From positions 136,790 through 200,789 of the forward strand of contig NW_005434610.1 of assembly GCF_000315625.1 (NCBI RefSeq): DNA of 64,000 nt, given 5' to 3'. Under the pieces are notes generated by a model. That model was not told the DNA's origin. It was given only the letters and a program-made list of their open reading frames with translations, and did no database searches. Shown one piece after another: positions 1-12,270 of the stretch. The stretch's first letter is position 1, and every line of letters starts with the position of its first letter. A program made the position numbers and the translations under genes. The DNA is from Guillardia theta CCMP2712 (lineage: Eukaryota > Protista > Cryptophyta).

Positions 1-2048
1 GCGCATGGAAATCAAAAGACCTCCTGACTATCCTGACGGAAGATCGCACTCTTTTCTTCATTCTCCATTTCTCTGAAGTCGTTGACAAGCGGATCAAAGA
101 TCTTCAACTCCCCATGTGGGTCGGGTCTCATGACAACAACGTTTCCCTTGCATGAGGTTGTAAGGACAAAAGCTTCGCAGATCTGCCGTCATACCTCCAT
201 CACGCTATCCCTCGCCACTTCTCTCGATTCCATGAAGGGGAAAACCTTCATAACAACCTCTGCGATCTCCTGCCCGCTGCTTCCATCACCAACAACATGC
301 ACGTGCTCCTATACAACCAGGTCACTCCTTGGGGGCAGGAAGGCACCAGCACCGACCTCTCCGAACATCCTCACACCCAAGTTGAAGTACAAGGAAGCAG
401 TTGGCAGCGAGGCAACGGCCCTGAGGTACCCAGTATGCCCGTCCACCAAGACTTGCGGCCTCAACTTCCCACTCGCCACCAACGGCTGCATCGGCAGCCT
501 CACGATCTTGTTGTTCGAGAGCCCCACGAGCAAACTGCCATGACCGTCGTAATCCAGTCGGCTGGCGTACAGGGGGAGCAGGACGTTGGGGTTGAGAGGG
601 ACAGGGCAGACGTCTACCGCAGACTTGGCAGCGTTCGCCTTCCACCCCCTAGCTACCAGCTGGTCCACGACGTCCGCAAGGTTCGCCTCGAACATCTTCT
701 CCCATGCAAAGTCTCGCAGCATCTTCTTCCTACTCCCCCGATCGATCGGCTTGCTCGGGTCAACCTTCCACCCACAGATGTGCCCCTCCACGTCCGAGGA
801 CACCAGCAGCCCCTTGTGGCACCCCATGGACTCTGCGAGAGCATCAGGATGCAAGTAGCTCACGCACTTGACTGCTCTCCCCGCATGCCCCATCCAGTAC
901 CTCGACCCTCTCCCCGCAGCGATCTTGGCCGACCTGTTTCCTACGAACTCAAGGTTCCAGTCCCCTGCCTCCTCCTTCTGTTGAAAGAAACACAAATGAC
1001 CGTCCGGCCACCCGCAGACCAGGGAGGAGCCGCACGCTGAGTCAGGGTCAGGGACAACCGCTATGCACTCCACCATGCTCTCCTCCATCGGCCGCACTCC
1101 GACCAGCCACCTGACTCCCTCCACATCCTTGGAGAACTGACTGTTCAGCATCGGGTGCTCCCAAACCTTGATCTCCTTGTTGCCGCATGCCGCGAAGCCG
1201 CACACCGTAGGCGCCATGTGGAGGATGGTCGCCTTGCCCACCTGCCCCTTGAAGAGGACGGAAGGAGGGTCGTCTTGCCATCGGTAGCAGGCGAACCTGT
1301 GGAGCTCGTCGTCCCCGATGCACATTATGTATTGCCCGTCCGCGCTGAAGGAGAGAGCAACGATGCGGAATTCACAGAAGCCGGACATGACAGCTTCCGG
1401 CACGCAGGAGGAGGAGGAGGAGGAGGAGAAGACTTTCATGGGAGACCACACGGCGACGGAAGGGTTCATGGAACCATGGGACGAAACCTGTCCCGTAGCA
1501 ACCAGTGTCCTCTGCGCATTTACTGCCATGGAGCAGATCTCCCCGTCATGAAAGATGAAGAATTTCTGCTTCCTCTCTTCGATGTCCATCACCACACCTA
1601 TGGAGGACGTGAAGTATGCTATCTTCATCCCGTCCACCACTCCTCCCTCGTTCGCCACGAAGAAGAGGTTGTTCCTCGACGGCGCCATGCGCGTCTCCGG
1701 GCTGTGGTCGTTGTGGAGCCATGCGTAGCCGTCGTGCCCGTGGTACCCGTACACCCACTCGAGCTCGAGCTCGTTCTCCGGGGGAGCATGGTGCCCCGGA
1801 CTCTCCCGCCATCTCTCATCAGGGAACACCTGCGTCTTGCAGAAGGTGTACTTCTCTCCCACAGCCGGGTCCTCCTCCTGCTTCTTCTTGTGAGGGAGGA
1901 GATCGTCCTTAGGGAAGGAGGAGAAGGAGAGGCTGCTCTTGAGGCTCGTTGCCCTCTCCCTCGTGCTGACGATCCTCGAGCGAGCTGCTGCTGTCAGCTT
2001 CGAAGGATCGTAGAGGCCGGCAGGCGCCCCTGTCCTTCCCTTGTTCAT
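1..2048 (-). CDS. EML/EMAP-like WD40 (HELP-motif) microtubule-associated protein; 3' part runs off the window
   Basis: ORF 309-2048 has the HELP-like motif ELELEWVYGYHGHD...RNNLFF followed by WD40-type repeats (HDGEICSMAVN..LVATGQ, ALSFSADGQY, GHTGYLRAVA). The frame resumes after an AG acceptor near 309. Confidence 0.75.
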
Positions 2049-2620
2049 GGCGAATCGAGACCGAAGGAGGGAGCGACTACCAGGCTAGTGCTCCTTCCTT
2101 CTCTCCCTCCCTCCCTCCTTCCTCCTTCCCTCCCTCCCTCCTTCCCTCCCTCCCTCCCTCCCTCCCATCCTTCCGATACCCGGCATTTCGAGGCTCTACG
2201 GGCTTTCCGGAGGGACTGAAAAACAGGGAGGAGGCTGGGGAGGAGGCGGAAGGATGGGGGCAGAGTGGGGAGGGATGGGAGCGAGAGGAAGGAGAAGGGG
2301 CATCGAGGAAACGATGAGAAGAAGGAAGGTCAGAGGAAGGGATAGAAGCTCGACAACAAAGGCGATGATTGTTGTACCATGAGGTAATTGCAAGAAACGT
2401 TCGTTTTCGAAGCTATTTCACTGTTTGCACAACGACACTGCACAAGAGCTTCTACAAGTGGAGCTCCTGAAGCCGCCACTTGCCCTCATGATCCCACCCT
2501 TACTTCCCCAGCATACATCACAAAACCTCGCCGCCATCTTTTGGTGAGCATTTCTCTATTTACACCATCACAAACATATATACAAGAATCCCATCAGACG
2601 CGTGCCGATCCGCCCGCCCC

Positions 2621-3057
2621 TCACACGAGGATGCTCGCTGTCTCCCAGTCAACTTCGATCGGGATGCTGCCGGAGCCCAGGGCAAGGAAGGCGTACGTTA
2701 GAGGAGCCAGCATGAGGAGAAACCCTGCGCGCCAACGTCAGTCCGCTCCATTCTCCTCATCGCGTCCTCACCAAGGATGGGGAGGAGACAAGTCTGCAGA
2801 TTGTCAGGCTCCATAGCGGTCTCGCTCACAGCAACAGCTTCCCGCTCCTCGAACAGGTTGTTCTGCTTCAGCACCACCCGACCCTCCGGCCTCAGGGTCA
2901 TCGTGTCCCTCATCGTAAAGCCGCCATGGCTCCAGCGCTTCATGTCGCTCCTCCGCAGCTGCAGGCTGCATGCTGGCAGCGCCATGAAGCCGTCAACGCT
3001 TCCCATCATGTCTCCAGCTAAAGAAGCGAAACAGAACACAAAACACCATCTGTTCAT
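2621..3057 (-). CDS. Small plastid-targeted single-TM hypothetical protein (2 exons; intron 2725-2771)
   Basis: MNRWCFVFCFASLAG..VDG-F signal plus transit-like peptide. A GTGAG..CTGAC..CAG 47-nt intron joins LLPILG to FLLMLAPLTYAFLALGSGSIPIEVDWETASILV*. Confidence 0.55.
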
Positions 3058-4080
3058 CTTGCTTCTAGCAATGCTCGTCTTCACAGAGATCTTGCAGGAA
3101 CTGATGTTTGTAAGAGCTTGTCGAATACCTTCACACACTACCCTGCAAGAAAACCAGTGAGGGGTGATCAACAGAAGCTGTCTTTGCAGAGCAGCAAAAA
3201 ATCTGCTCTTGCAGAGCAAGATGCGGAACAAAAGGGAACCAGCGCGTTGAACATTTGTGTCGCATGCAGCAACAACATCAAGTAGCGATCGATTGGCATT
3301 CGATATCACCTTCACAGTAACTAACTAAAGCGTCACATTGGATGACAGAGTGTTGCTCTATCGCACTCGCTACAACATGATAGCAATACGGCAGCAAGTA
3401 GCGAATCGTATCAAAGTCATTGCGATAACGAGCAAGAATGTCCAAATGAGGTTTGTAGGAGTAAGCGTCTGAAGCAGGTAGTAACAAACAGCAGAGCGCG
3501 ATCTTGGAAAGAAAAGAATAGCAGAAAGAGAGTGCAAGAGCAGGAGTAGGAAGGAACAGGGATAAGAGAAGGGCAAGGGAAGGGCAACAGAAAGTGCGAA
3601 AGACAAGAGGCTGAAACAGAGACTGAAGATAGACAGGAGTGAGAGACTTGGAATGAGTTGAAACTTCGGGGTCTACAAAGAGGAACGGCTGGCCATCGGA
3701 AACAAGGAGACTTGGGGAGGACATGTGAAGTCCAGGGCAAGCAGGAATGCAAGATCGAACATGTCCATAAAGGGAGAGGAAGGAATGAGGAGGAGGAGTA
3801 CAAAGACGGGATCTATGTGCTCAAGTGGTGGGATGGGGAACGAAAGGGGGCGATGGGCAGTTGAGATGTTGCATGTGCTTTCGTGGATGCGATCTCCCCA
3901 AAATCGGGGAAAGAGACGTTTTCACCAGATATTGGTGCTAAATGCAAAATATGCTTCAAAATTATCAAACTTGTTTTCAAATTTGATTATTATAGTATCA
4001 GGATTTTAATTAGGCTTTGAAAGACCCCTTCGTGGTATGCTGCCTCATAAGCCTTTGGTCTCATTTTACTCTTGTCAGCC

Positions 4081-4530
4081 CACCCACCCTACCCATTCTT
4101 GTTGGAGAACCTTTTGAGGACCCCAAACATTAGTTACCCCACCCCCACATTATAGTGTAATTACCCTCTAAGTCGTGCTGAAAATTTACGGTATAAATAC
4201 CCCCACCCTGATCGCCATTAAATTTCCTCTGAGTACCGGTAACAGACACCCTATTACGAATGTTGGATACCTATAAAACATAGGGAAACAAAGGGGTAGG
4301 GGGGTCCAGCTATACAACGTACCTGTAAATTCGGGGTAGGGGTAGGCTGAAATCACGGGTTAATATGATTGAGAAAAATAGGGTAGGGGTAATAAGACCA
4401 GGGGACCTTTGCATGGAGCATAGAGGGGTACTAATAAATATACTACGGGTACATTTGAGATGCAAGAAGAGGGTAGTAGGTGTTTGGATTGAGTACCGGT
4501 TAATCTATAGAAATCGAAGGTGGTGGGGTA
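4081..4530. promoter_or_regulatory. Bidirectional TACCCC/GGGGTA motif cluster (putative divergent promoter)
   Basis: C-strand copies at 4081-4210 and G-strand copies at 4290-4530. The same pattern recurs upstream of other genes. Confidence 0.4.
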
Positions 4531-5108
4531 ATGCCGGTCAACGGTATGCAGGTGAGTGGATGGAGTTGGAACGGGGAGGGGAGGGGAGGGGAGAAGGACA
4601 GGCAATCAATGGAGTATGGATCTGAGAGTAGAGCCGTTTGAGTGTTGCTGGAGATTGCACATGCTATGTGAAACAAAAGCCCTGATGATGTGAAGTTTTA
4701 TCCTGATGTCCCTACTTGATAGCAAACACTAGAATGGAAATTGTGGCGAGGAGGACATGAGATGTCTTACCGACACTGCACCAACTCTAACGACTCAAGA
4801 TTCCGCATTCAATCATCCTCTAGGGGCTCCAGAGACCGCCAGGTAATATCTCCTCCCCTCCCCTCCGTCCCTCCTTCATCCATCAACCCACCCACCCACC
4901 TCTCCATCTATCTATCCCTCCCTCCTTCCTGTCTGGCGATCTGAGATGCCCGAGCAGGACATAGGATCAGGTGGTACTTACCTCTGGCGACCTTCGCATG
5001 CACGAGCAGAACCTGAGCCCGTGCTGTTGTTCAACTGCTTTCCGAAGCGAGTAGATGGTCTGCGGGAACCAGAAACAAGGAGAGGCAGATCCGCAGCAAG
5101 TTTGAAGA

Positions 5109-5686
5109 ATGAGAGCGGGCGATGGACACGAAGAGACCTGGCTAGCAGAGATGATGCAAGGTCTGTTGTCCTCCCCACAAGACCTCTCATTTGATGTTTC
5201 CTTTGTCAAACTTTCAGATCTTCGATTGCAAGCTTTCAGCGATCACACAGGTAGATCTCCTCCTCCTCCTCCTCCTCCTCCTCCTCCTCCCCCTCCCTTC
5301 AGCTCACTTCGCCATATAATGGCAGAAATTCTTCATGCACCTCTCTCTCGTCCCCTGTTACATTCGCCGCTTCTGCTCCTGTATTGGTTTTTAAGTGGTG
5401 TAGCAGAAATCTCATGGAGTTTGTAGCCAGTGCAAAGCGCAAGGGCATGACAGAAGAGTCTCTAACTGTTCTCAGAGAAGAGGTGAACGAAATTTGCGCT
5501 CCCTGCTGCACATACTTCTCATCCTCGCATCTTCCAGATCCAAGAGATCGGCAAGGCTTTACAAAAACTGAATCAGGTGCACAGAAAGTCCTAAGTCTTC
5601 CTATGGGAAAGTTTTTGAAGACAACCAAAGTCAACTTCAAGGTTTCAGCATTTTTATCATGGTTCGAACGACCTCTCGGCCCGTAA
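5109..5686 (+). CDS. Possible hypothetical protein (exon structure unresolved)
   Basis: Open frame LTSPYNG...FERPLGP* follows a (CCT)n-CAG acceptor and ends 39 bp from the nucleoporin stop. No recognisable domain. Confidence 0.3.
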
Positions 5687-5725
5687 CAACAGCACATGTC
5701 CTAGACGAGCTTCAACCTTTCCCCT

Positions 5726-8700
5726 TCAGTGCTTCTTAGCTGACCTTCGAGCTTTCACTATTTTCCGCTGCGGCACTCCGTCATCCTGACTAGGAGCTCC
5801 ACCCCCGAAACCCCCTTGCGGCGCTCCTCCTCCAAACCCTTGACCCCCGCTGCTCCCGAAGGCGGCAGGTGCCTGCTGCTGCTGTGCTCCTGCCCCGAAC
5901 GTGAAGGGAGCGGCAGCTGACCCAAAGGCTGCCCCACCTCCGAAGGAAGGAGCAGAAGACCCGAACGACGATGCCCCAAAGGCCGAAGAACTTGCGCCAA
6001 ACGGCGACGGAGCTCCCCCACCGAACGGCTGCTGCGACCCACCAAATGCCGGAGCCGAGGCGTTGAAAGCGCTCTGCCCTCCTCCAAAAGTGAAGGTAGA
6101 AGACGATGCTCCGAAGGCTCCAGTAGATCCGAAGGCCGACCCCCCGCCTGTGCTGCCGAAGGGAGGAGCTGCCGGGTTGCCAAACGCCGAGCCGGTCGAG
6201 CCGAACCCTCCGCCACCGAAGGCAGGAGTGGAGGTTGTGCCTGACCCTGTGCTTCCGAAGCCAGAGGGCGCGCTGCTGCCTCCGAAAGTGAACGGCGTGC
6301 CAGCAGCTCCGAAAGCTGAACCCGTCGGTGCCCCGAACGTGAAGGGTTGGCCAGCCGCCGAGGATGGAGCTTCGTCTGACATCATCCCTTCATTGCTAGA
6401 ACCAGCCTTGGCAGCGTCAGCTGCTGCGCTCGAGTTGCCTGCTCCGAATGTGAACGGAGCGTTAGTGCCACCTGTTGACCCAAAGGCTGGGGCGCTCGAC
6501 CCAAAGGCTGGGGCGCTCGACCCAAAGGCTGGGGCGCTCGACCCAAAGGCTGGGGCGCTCGACCCAAAGGCTGGGGCGCTCGACCCAAAGGCTGGGGCGC
6601 TCGACCCAAAGGCTGGGGCGCTCGACCCAGAGGCTGGGGCGCTCGACCCAGAGGCTGGGGTGCTGGACCCGAAAGATGTGGGAGCACTCGAGCCGAAAGC
6701 AAAAACGCTTCCAGTCGACGCGATCTTATCGCCCGCGGCAGAGGATGCAGCTGGAGTGCTGCCGAAAGAAAACGTGGCTGGAGCTGCACTGCCTGTCGAA
6801 GACCCGAAGGCGAAGACTGAGGACGAGGCCGAACTGGCCGCGGACTCTTGAGTCGCAGGCGTACTTCCGAAGGAGAAGACGGCTGGAGTTTGACTGGTCG
6901 ATGTGGAAGATTGAGACGAGCTGGCGCTGGACCCTCCGAACACGAAGGCAGACTTGGACTGTGGTTCCGACGCGCTGGCTGACGTTGGGGGAGCAGCCAC
7001 ATTCGAGCTTCCAAAAGTGAAGACACTGCTGGAGCCTGATTCTGACTTCGGTGCATCCGAGCTCGCCGCACTGGAGTTGCCAAATGTAAACACGCTGCTT
7101 GATGAAGCACTTTGTGTTTCTGCAGATTTCAAGGGAGCTGCACCAAACGAAGGCGTGGTTGAAAAAGAGGAGGACGAGGATGCACCAAATGAGAAAGTCA
7201 GTGGGGCTGAACCGCTTGGAGCTGGGGCAGAAGTCTTTGCTGGCTCACTTCCGAAGCTAAAAGTAGGAGGCTTTGTAGATTCAGAAGGCGCCGAGTCCGT
7301 CTTTGCTGGATCGCTACTTGCTCCCTTGCTATCGCCGCGCTCCTGCTTGTCCTCCTCGTCGATCTCTTTTGACCCTGTCGACTCAAAGCCCACGTCCACC
7401 TTCTTCGTCGGCCACTGGAAGGTCGTAGGTACCCCGCTCTTCCTTGCCATCTCCTCGTACGCCTTCCGCCTCTCTGCCGCTTTCTTTGCTGCATCTCCGT
7501 CTGCATCCTTGCTCGCTGCTCCGCCATCTTCCGCCTTTGACACCTTGCTGTCCTCCTTCTTTTCGTCAGTGCTGCTCTTGCTCGCTCCAAACGTAAAACC
7601 CCCACTTGACGACTTCTCGCCGCTGGAAGCTCCGCTCGACCCAAACGTGAAACCTGGTCCGGCCGCCGTAGATGTCGTAGTCTCAGTCGCCTTGGCACCG
7701 AAACTGAATGTCGAGGACCCTCCTGTAGACGCCGAGGTCGATCCAAAGCCAAACGAGAAGCCTGATGAGCCGCCTCCTGCCGCTGGCTTCGAGCTGGAGG
7801 CTGACCCGAACGTAAAACCTGAGCCGCTGCCTCCTGTACCAAAGCTGAGGCCACTGCTCGATCCCGCATTCGACGTCCCGAACGTGAAGCCCGATGATGC
7901 GCTGCCTCCTGCCGCCTTCTCTCCGCCGGTGGCTCCGGGCTTAGGAGCTTCACAGGACATGCACTTGTCCTTGGCCTCTGCGTTGTTCATCGTCAAGCAC
8001 TCTGTGCATCTCCACTGCCCAGGCTTTGGCTTGAACAATTCCGATAAAGGAACTTGTCCACCGTTTGAGTTTTGGCTACTTTCAGCAGACTTTGATGTGT
8101 CCTTGCTATCGCCGCGCTCCTGCTTGTCCTCCTCGTCGATCTCTTTTGACCCTGTCGACTCAAAGCCCACGTCCACCTTCTTCGTCGGCCACTGGAAGGT
8201 CGTAGGTACCCCGCTCTTCCTTGCCATCTCCTCGTACGCCTTCCGCCTCTCTGCCGCTTTCTTTGCTGCATCTCCGTCTGCATCCTTGCTCGCTGCTCCG
8301 CCATCTTCCGCCTTTGACACCTTGCTGTCCTCCTTCTTTTCGTCAGTGCTGCTCTTGCTCGCTCCAAACGTAAAACCCCCACTTGACGACTTCTCGCCGC
8401 TGGAAGCTCCGCTCGACCCAAACGTGAAACCTGGTCCGGCCGCCGTAGTCTCAGTCGCCTTGGCACCGAAACTGAATGTCGAGGACCCTCCTGTAGACGC
8501 CGAGGTCGATCCAAAGTCAAACGAGAAGCCTGATGAGCCGCCTCCTGCCGCTGGCTTCGAGCTGGAGGCTGACCCGAACGTAAAACCTGAGCCGCTGCCT
8601 CCTGTACCAAAGCTGAGGCCACTGCTCGATCCCGCATTCGACGTCCCGAACGTGAAGCCCGATCCTGCCGCCTTCTCTCCGCCGGTGGCTCCGGGCTTAG

Positions 8701-11064
8701 GAGCTTCACAGGACATGCACTTGTCCTTGGCCTCTGCGTTGTTCATCGTCAAGCACTCTGTGCATCTCCACTGCCCAGGCTTTGGCTTGAACAATTCCGA
8801 TAGAGGAACGAAGGAACTTCCGGAATCATTCTGAGGAGCAGCAGTTGACGAACTTGTCTTGGGATGACCGTTTGCACCGGTCGACACATCGACTTGATCT
8901 TGTCCAGGTTCAGAGAAGGAGTATTTGGTGCCTGATAGCATCCTTCCCATTGGCTGACTTTGCAGTTCCAAACTTTCCGGCTCAGTGAAGTTAAACTTGC
9001 TTTGGCTTGCATGGACATTTCGCTTTGGCATATCTCCATCTTTCATTGCATAACCTCGGCTCTCTGACATAGAATGTTCATTAGCAGCGGCCTTGGCACT
9101 GGCATCAGGCGAATTTCGTGCTTCAACAGCCCAGGCCGAACTGAAAAATCGAGAAGAAGGAGCGGACCTGTGTTCGAGCCAAAGTGAGTTCCTGTGCAAC
9201 AGGAAGTTGATTGCAAAACGAAACAGCAATACCTTGAGTCGGAGGCTGGAGTACTAGTATCCTTGATAATCTCCAATATTCTTTTCACAGTTTGAGTTGG
9301 TTGATGTGACAGCCTTCGTCGTTGTGTGGGTCGCGTCCTGACTTCGTTCACATCGTCTAGTTGAAATTCGTTCAACGGATTCAGCTCAAGCACACCAATA
9401 AATATACCTTTGCTCGGATGTCTATCGTTCGGTGCAGGGCTGGGCTCCGGTGCAAAACTCTCCCTGTTGCGCTTAGTGCCCACATCTGTCATGTAGGAAC
9501 CTTGGCGATTGGCCGAGAAGGAGGGGGTTGAATATGCCGAAGGTATTCGAGGAACACTACTATGAAACGTAACATTCGACCTATTCTTTGCAGCCATTGA
9601 AGAATCGGGCGGACGGAAGCTTGCATTAGTTCTCTCTGGCAACAAACGCGCCGAAGGAGACAACGCAGCTGTAATCGGTGCCAACGCCCTCTCCGCATAC
9701 TCCTTCGCCGACATTCGGCTTGAGCGCGATACAGAATGATTGCCAATGGGGGATTCGGTGAGAAATGTTGAAGAAAGAGTCTTTTCGTCGTTGCTATTAT
9801 TCGTGATGACCATCATTGAGGTGTTGTTGATGGTTGAGTTGTTGGCATTCATGGTCTTGTTTTGCATGTAAGGGCTTGAAACGTTCAGAAACGATGCCTC
9901 TCCAAGTCCACCCATAATTTGAGATGATCCAGTCAGTCGTGAGAAGTTGTTTGAATGGTATGATGTGTCTGGCTGCGAGCTCTGTAATGAACAAAATCGG
10001 TACAGAGAACCAACGAAAAGACGCTCTTACCATCATGCTATTCTTGGCAGTTTTTGTCCGCATGACTGCGATGCGAAAGGCTGAGGGTTCTCCATAACCA
10101 TCCAGGTCAGTTCTTTCATTTGAATACTGGAAAGCGAAGAATAAATCATCCAAAGCAAAGCAGGAGGCAAAAATGTATCTACCACATAGTGCTTGTTCAC
10201 AAGGTTCGCAAATTTTTGAGCTAATTGCCTTTTGCGAGCTCGTTGCTGGCTCCCCATGCGACTGACAGTCATGGCTACCTTCAAGGGGTCCATAGAGTGA
10301 ACAGGTCTTGGCCTGACGATAGAAGGTGTCACGATGTTGAGCGCCTCCTCATTACCAAGTCCAGTCTCGTGATCGTGAGACTCAGTCCTGCTGTCACGAC
10401 TAGTGTTCACTTGAGCAAACAAGTTAACAGGACGTGAAGGTTGCCGTTCAGCATCTGCTTGAATCTCATCGTGGAGGAACCGTGAGTCGGAAAGAGATTC
10501 TGAAGTGCTGTGCTGCACATTGTGGTTCCGTCCCAACATATCAGCAAATGCCTGCAGCGATGGGTCTCGATTTTGTCCAGCTTGGTAATGAGACATCGAG
10601 GGTCTAAATTTTGAACTCTCTGTGTGCTCTTCAGACCTGGACACAAATAATTATTGGAGCCCCACATGAGGGCAAAGATACTCACATAATCACTACTTCT
10701 TCGGCGAAGTCTTCATCATCATCTTGAGGCTCTGAATGAGCCTCTGACTTCCTCCATGGAGAAAGCCATGATAGTGCTCCTGATATCAGTCTACCGGGTG
10801 TGCGAAGAAGGCTTCCTCCCTGAATGGGCATTAACACAACAATGAGGGGTGAAAGGAATCTGGACAAAAAAAGGTGACGGAGAAGGAACTAGAAGGAACA
10901 AAGGGAAGTGTTGGGGGAGTCGCAAGTAGCGAGAAGCTAGACATGGCAACGAGCAGCCCTACCTTTTGAGTGCCTGATGTCGTTGGAGAAACAGCTTCAC
11001 TTTCTCGAGGTCGATCGTATGGACCTGGCCGATGTTTCTTGGCTTCATGCTTGATGGCTGGCAT
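5726..11064 (-). CDS. NUP153: Nuclear-basket FG nucleoporin, Nup1/Nup136/Nup153-like, with two RanBP2-type zinc fingers (multi-exon)
   Basis: N-terminal HRPGPYDRP, two WRCTECLTMN..CMSCEAPKP fingers, many FxFG/PAFG repeats and C-terminal RKIVKARR basic tail. First intron is 10820-10962. Confidence 0.8.
6477..6670 (-). repeat. 21-bp coding tandem repeat (APAFGSS) x ~9
   Basis: GACCCAAAGGCTGGGGCGCTC repeated on the + strand. Confidence 0.95.
7324..8809. repeat. Near-identical direct duplication inside the nucleoporin exon (7324-8053 and 8101-8809)
   Basis: Both copies start CCTTGCTATCGCCGCGCTCC and differ by two small in-frame indels and a few substitutions. Confidence 0.95.
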
Positions 11065-12217
11065 GCTGCTCTGAATTCCAAGAACGCTAGCACCCCGCCG
11101 TATCAAGAAGCTCGAACGATTTTCACTGAAAATGCAGATTCATTCAGTTTGGCGTAAATCATTGTCAAAATACAATATCATGATCAGATGTGCATCAGAG
11201 ATGGTATAGTTGTTTCCATGACATCAGGCGTACTGCCACACACCATGGTTGCAGTCTGCACATAAGACAACAGCAGAAACATGGGAAATAACAACTGGTA
11301 TCGAAGAAACACTGCTATCAGTAGACGAGAACATCCCTTCAGTCAACAGCATACACTAGCCCTTCTGGCCTTCTAGAAGAAATTTCTATTTCTGTCCTGC
11401 TTGTCCTCTCTCCATCATGGCTCTTCGTCAATTGTTATAGTTGACATCAAAAGCAACACACTCCCTGACGGCTCCATGCAACAACCTCCACCCCACACCC
11501 TCTATCTGAACTCTCCCCTCCCCTCCTCCCCTCCGTTCTCCTCGCGCTATACCCGCCATTGCCCTCTGTGCCTATCACCCAAATATTGGCGAATCAAAAC
11601 ATTACTAAACTACTAAGATATGCGCCAATATTTTAGTACCAATACGCCAACTCTTTTGTACAAGCAAGCCACAAGTTATTCACAAAAACTAATTTAATAT
11701 GTAGTATTTCTAATATATATGATTATTTCAATACATAATTATATAAATTTATAGAGAATAAGATCCAATGCATGCGTACAGGGCTTGAAATCATTACCGA
11801 TTGTGCCAAGATGAAGTACAACCGATAAATATAATTTTAGTATTATTTATATATATTGTATTGGTGTTCTGTATCAAGAAAACTTTTATAAGTAATCTTA
11901 TACAGAATATTGTACCATAGGAAACACAAGTATCAAAAAGGAATGGGTGAAAGAGCACGAGGCAACATACGTTACATATATTCGAAAGAATAACGGAAAT
12001 TGTGCCGGGTACGGCAGTGCTGAGTACGGCCCGGCCGTGCGCCGGGCGTTCAACTTGTCACACACTACTTCGGACGGCAGTGTGAGAACCAACCCTCAGG
12101 GGGCCTGTGCTCGGGCAACCTGGCGCCGCCGGAAGTTGTACAGTACTCAGTGACGGTCGGAACGGAGGCTTTCGGGCCGCCGAACAAGTTTGATGCTGTC
12201 CGATCGTACATTCACAT

Positions 12218-12270
12218 TTACTCAAAGTTAAGTTAAAAATCAGTACGAGGACCATCAGCCTGAGGAGAGT
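12218..12270 (+). repeat. Dispersed 35-bp motif TTACTCAAAGTTAAGTTAAAAATCAGTACGAGGAC, copy 1
   Basis: Identical to 25184-25218. An interrupted third copy lies at 25531-25591. Confidence 0.9.

Noticed and set aside
297-2219. + strand ORFs of 247 and 354 aa
   Set aside because: Antisense to the EML-like gene; typical of high-GC3 coding DNA.
5901-8834. Long + strand ORFs (316 aa and 626 aa)
   Set aside because: Antisense shadows of the repetitive, GC-rich nucleoporin exon; no independent protein features.
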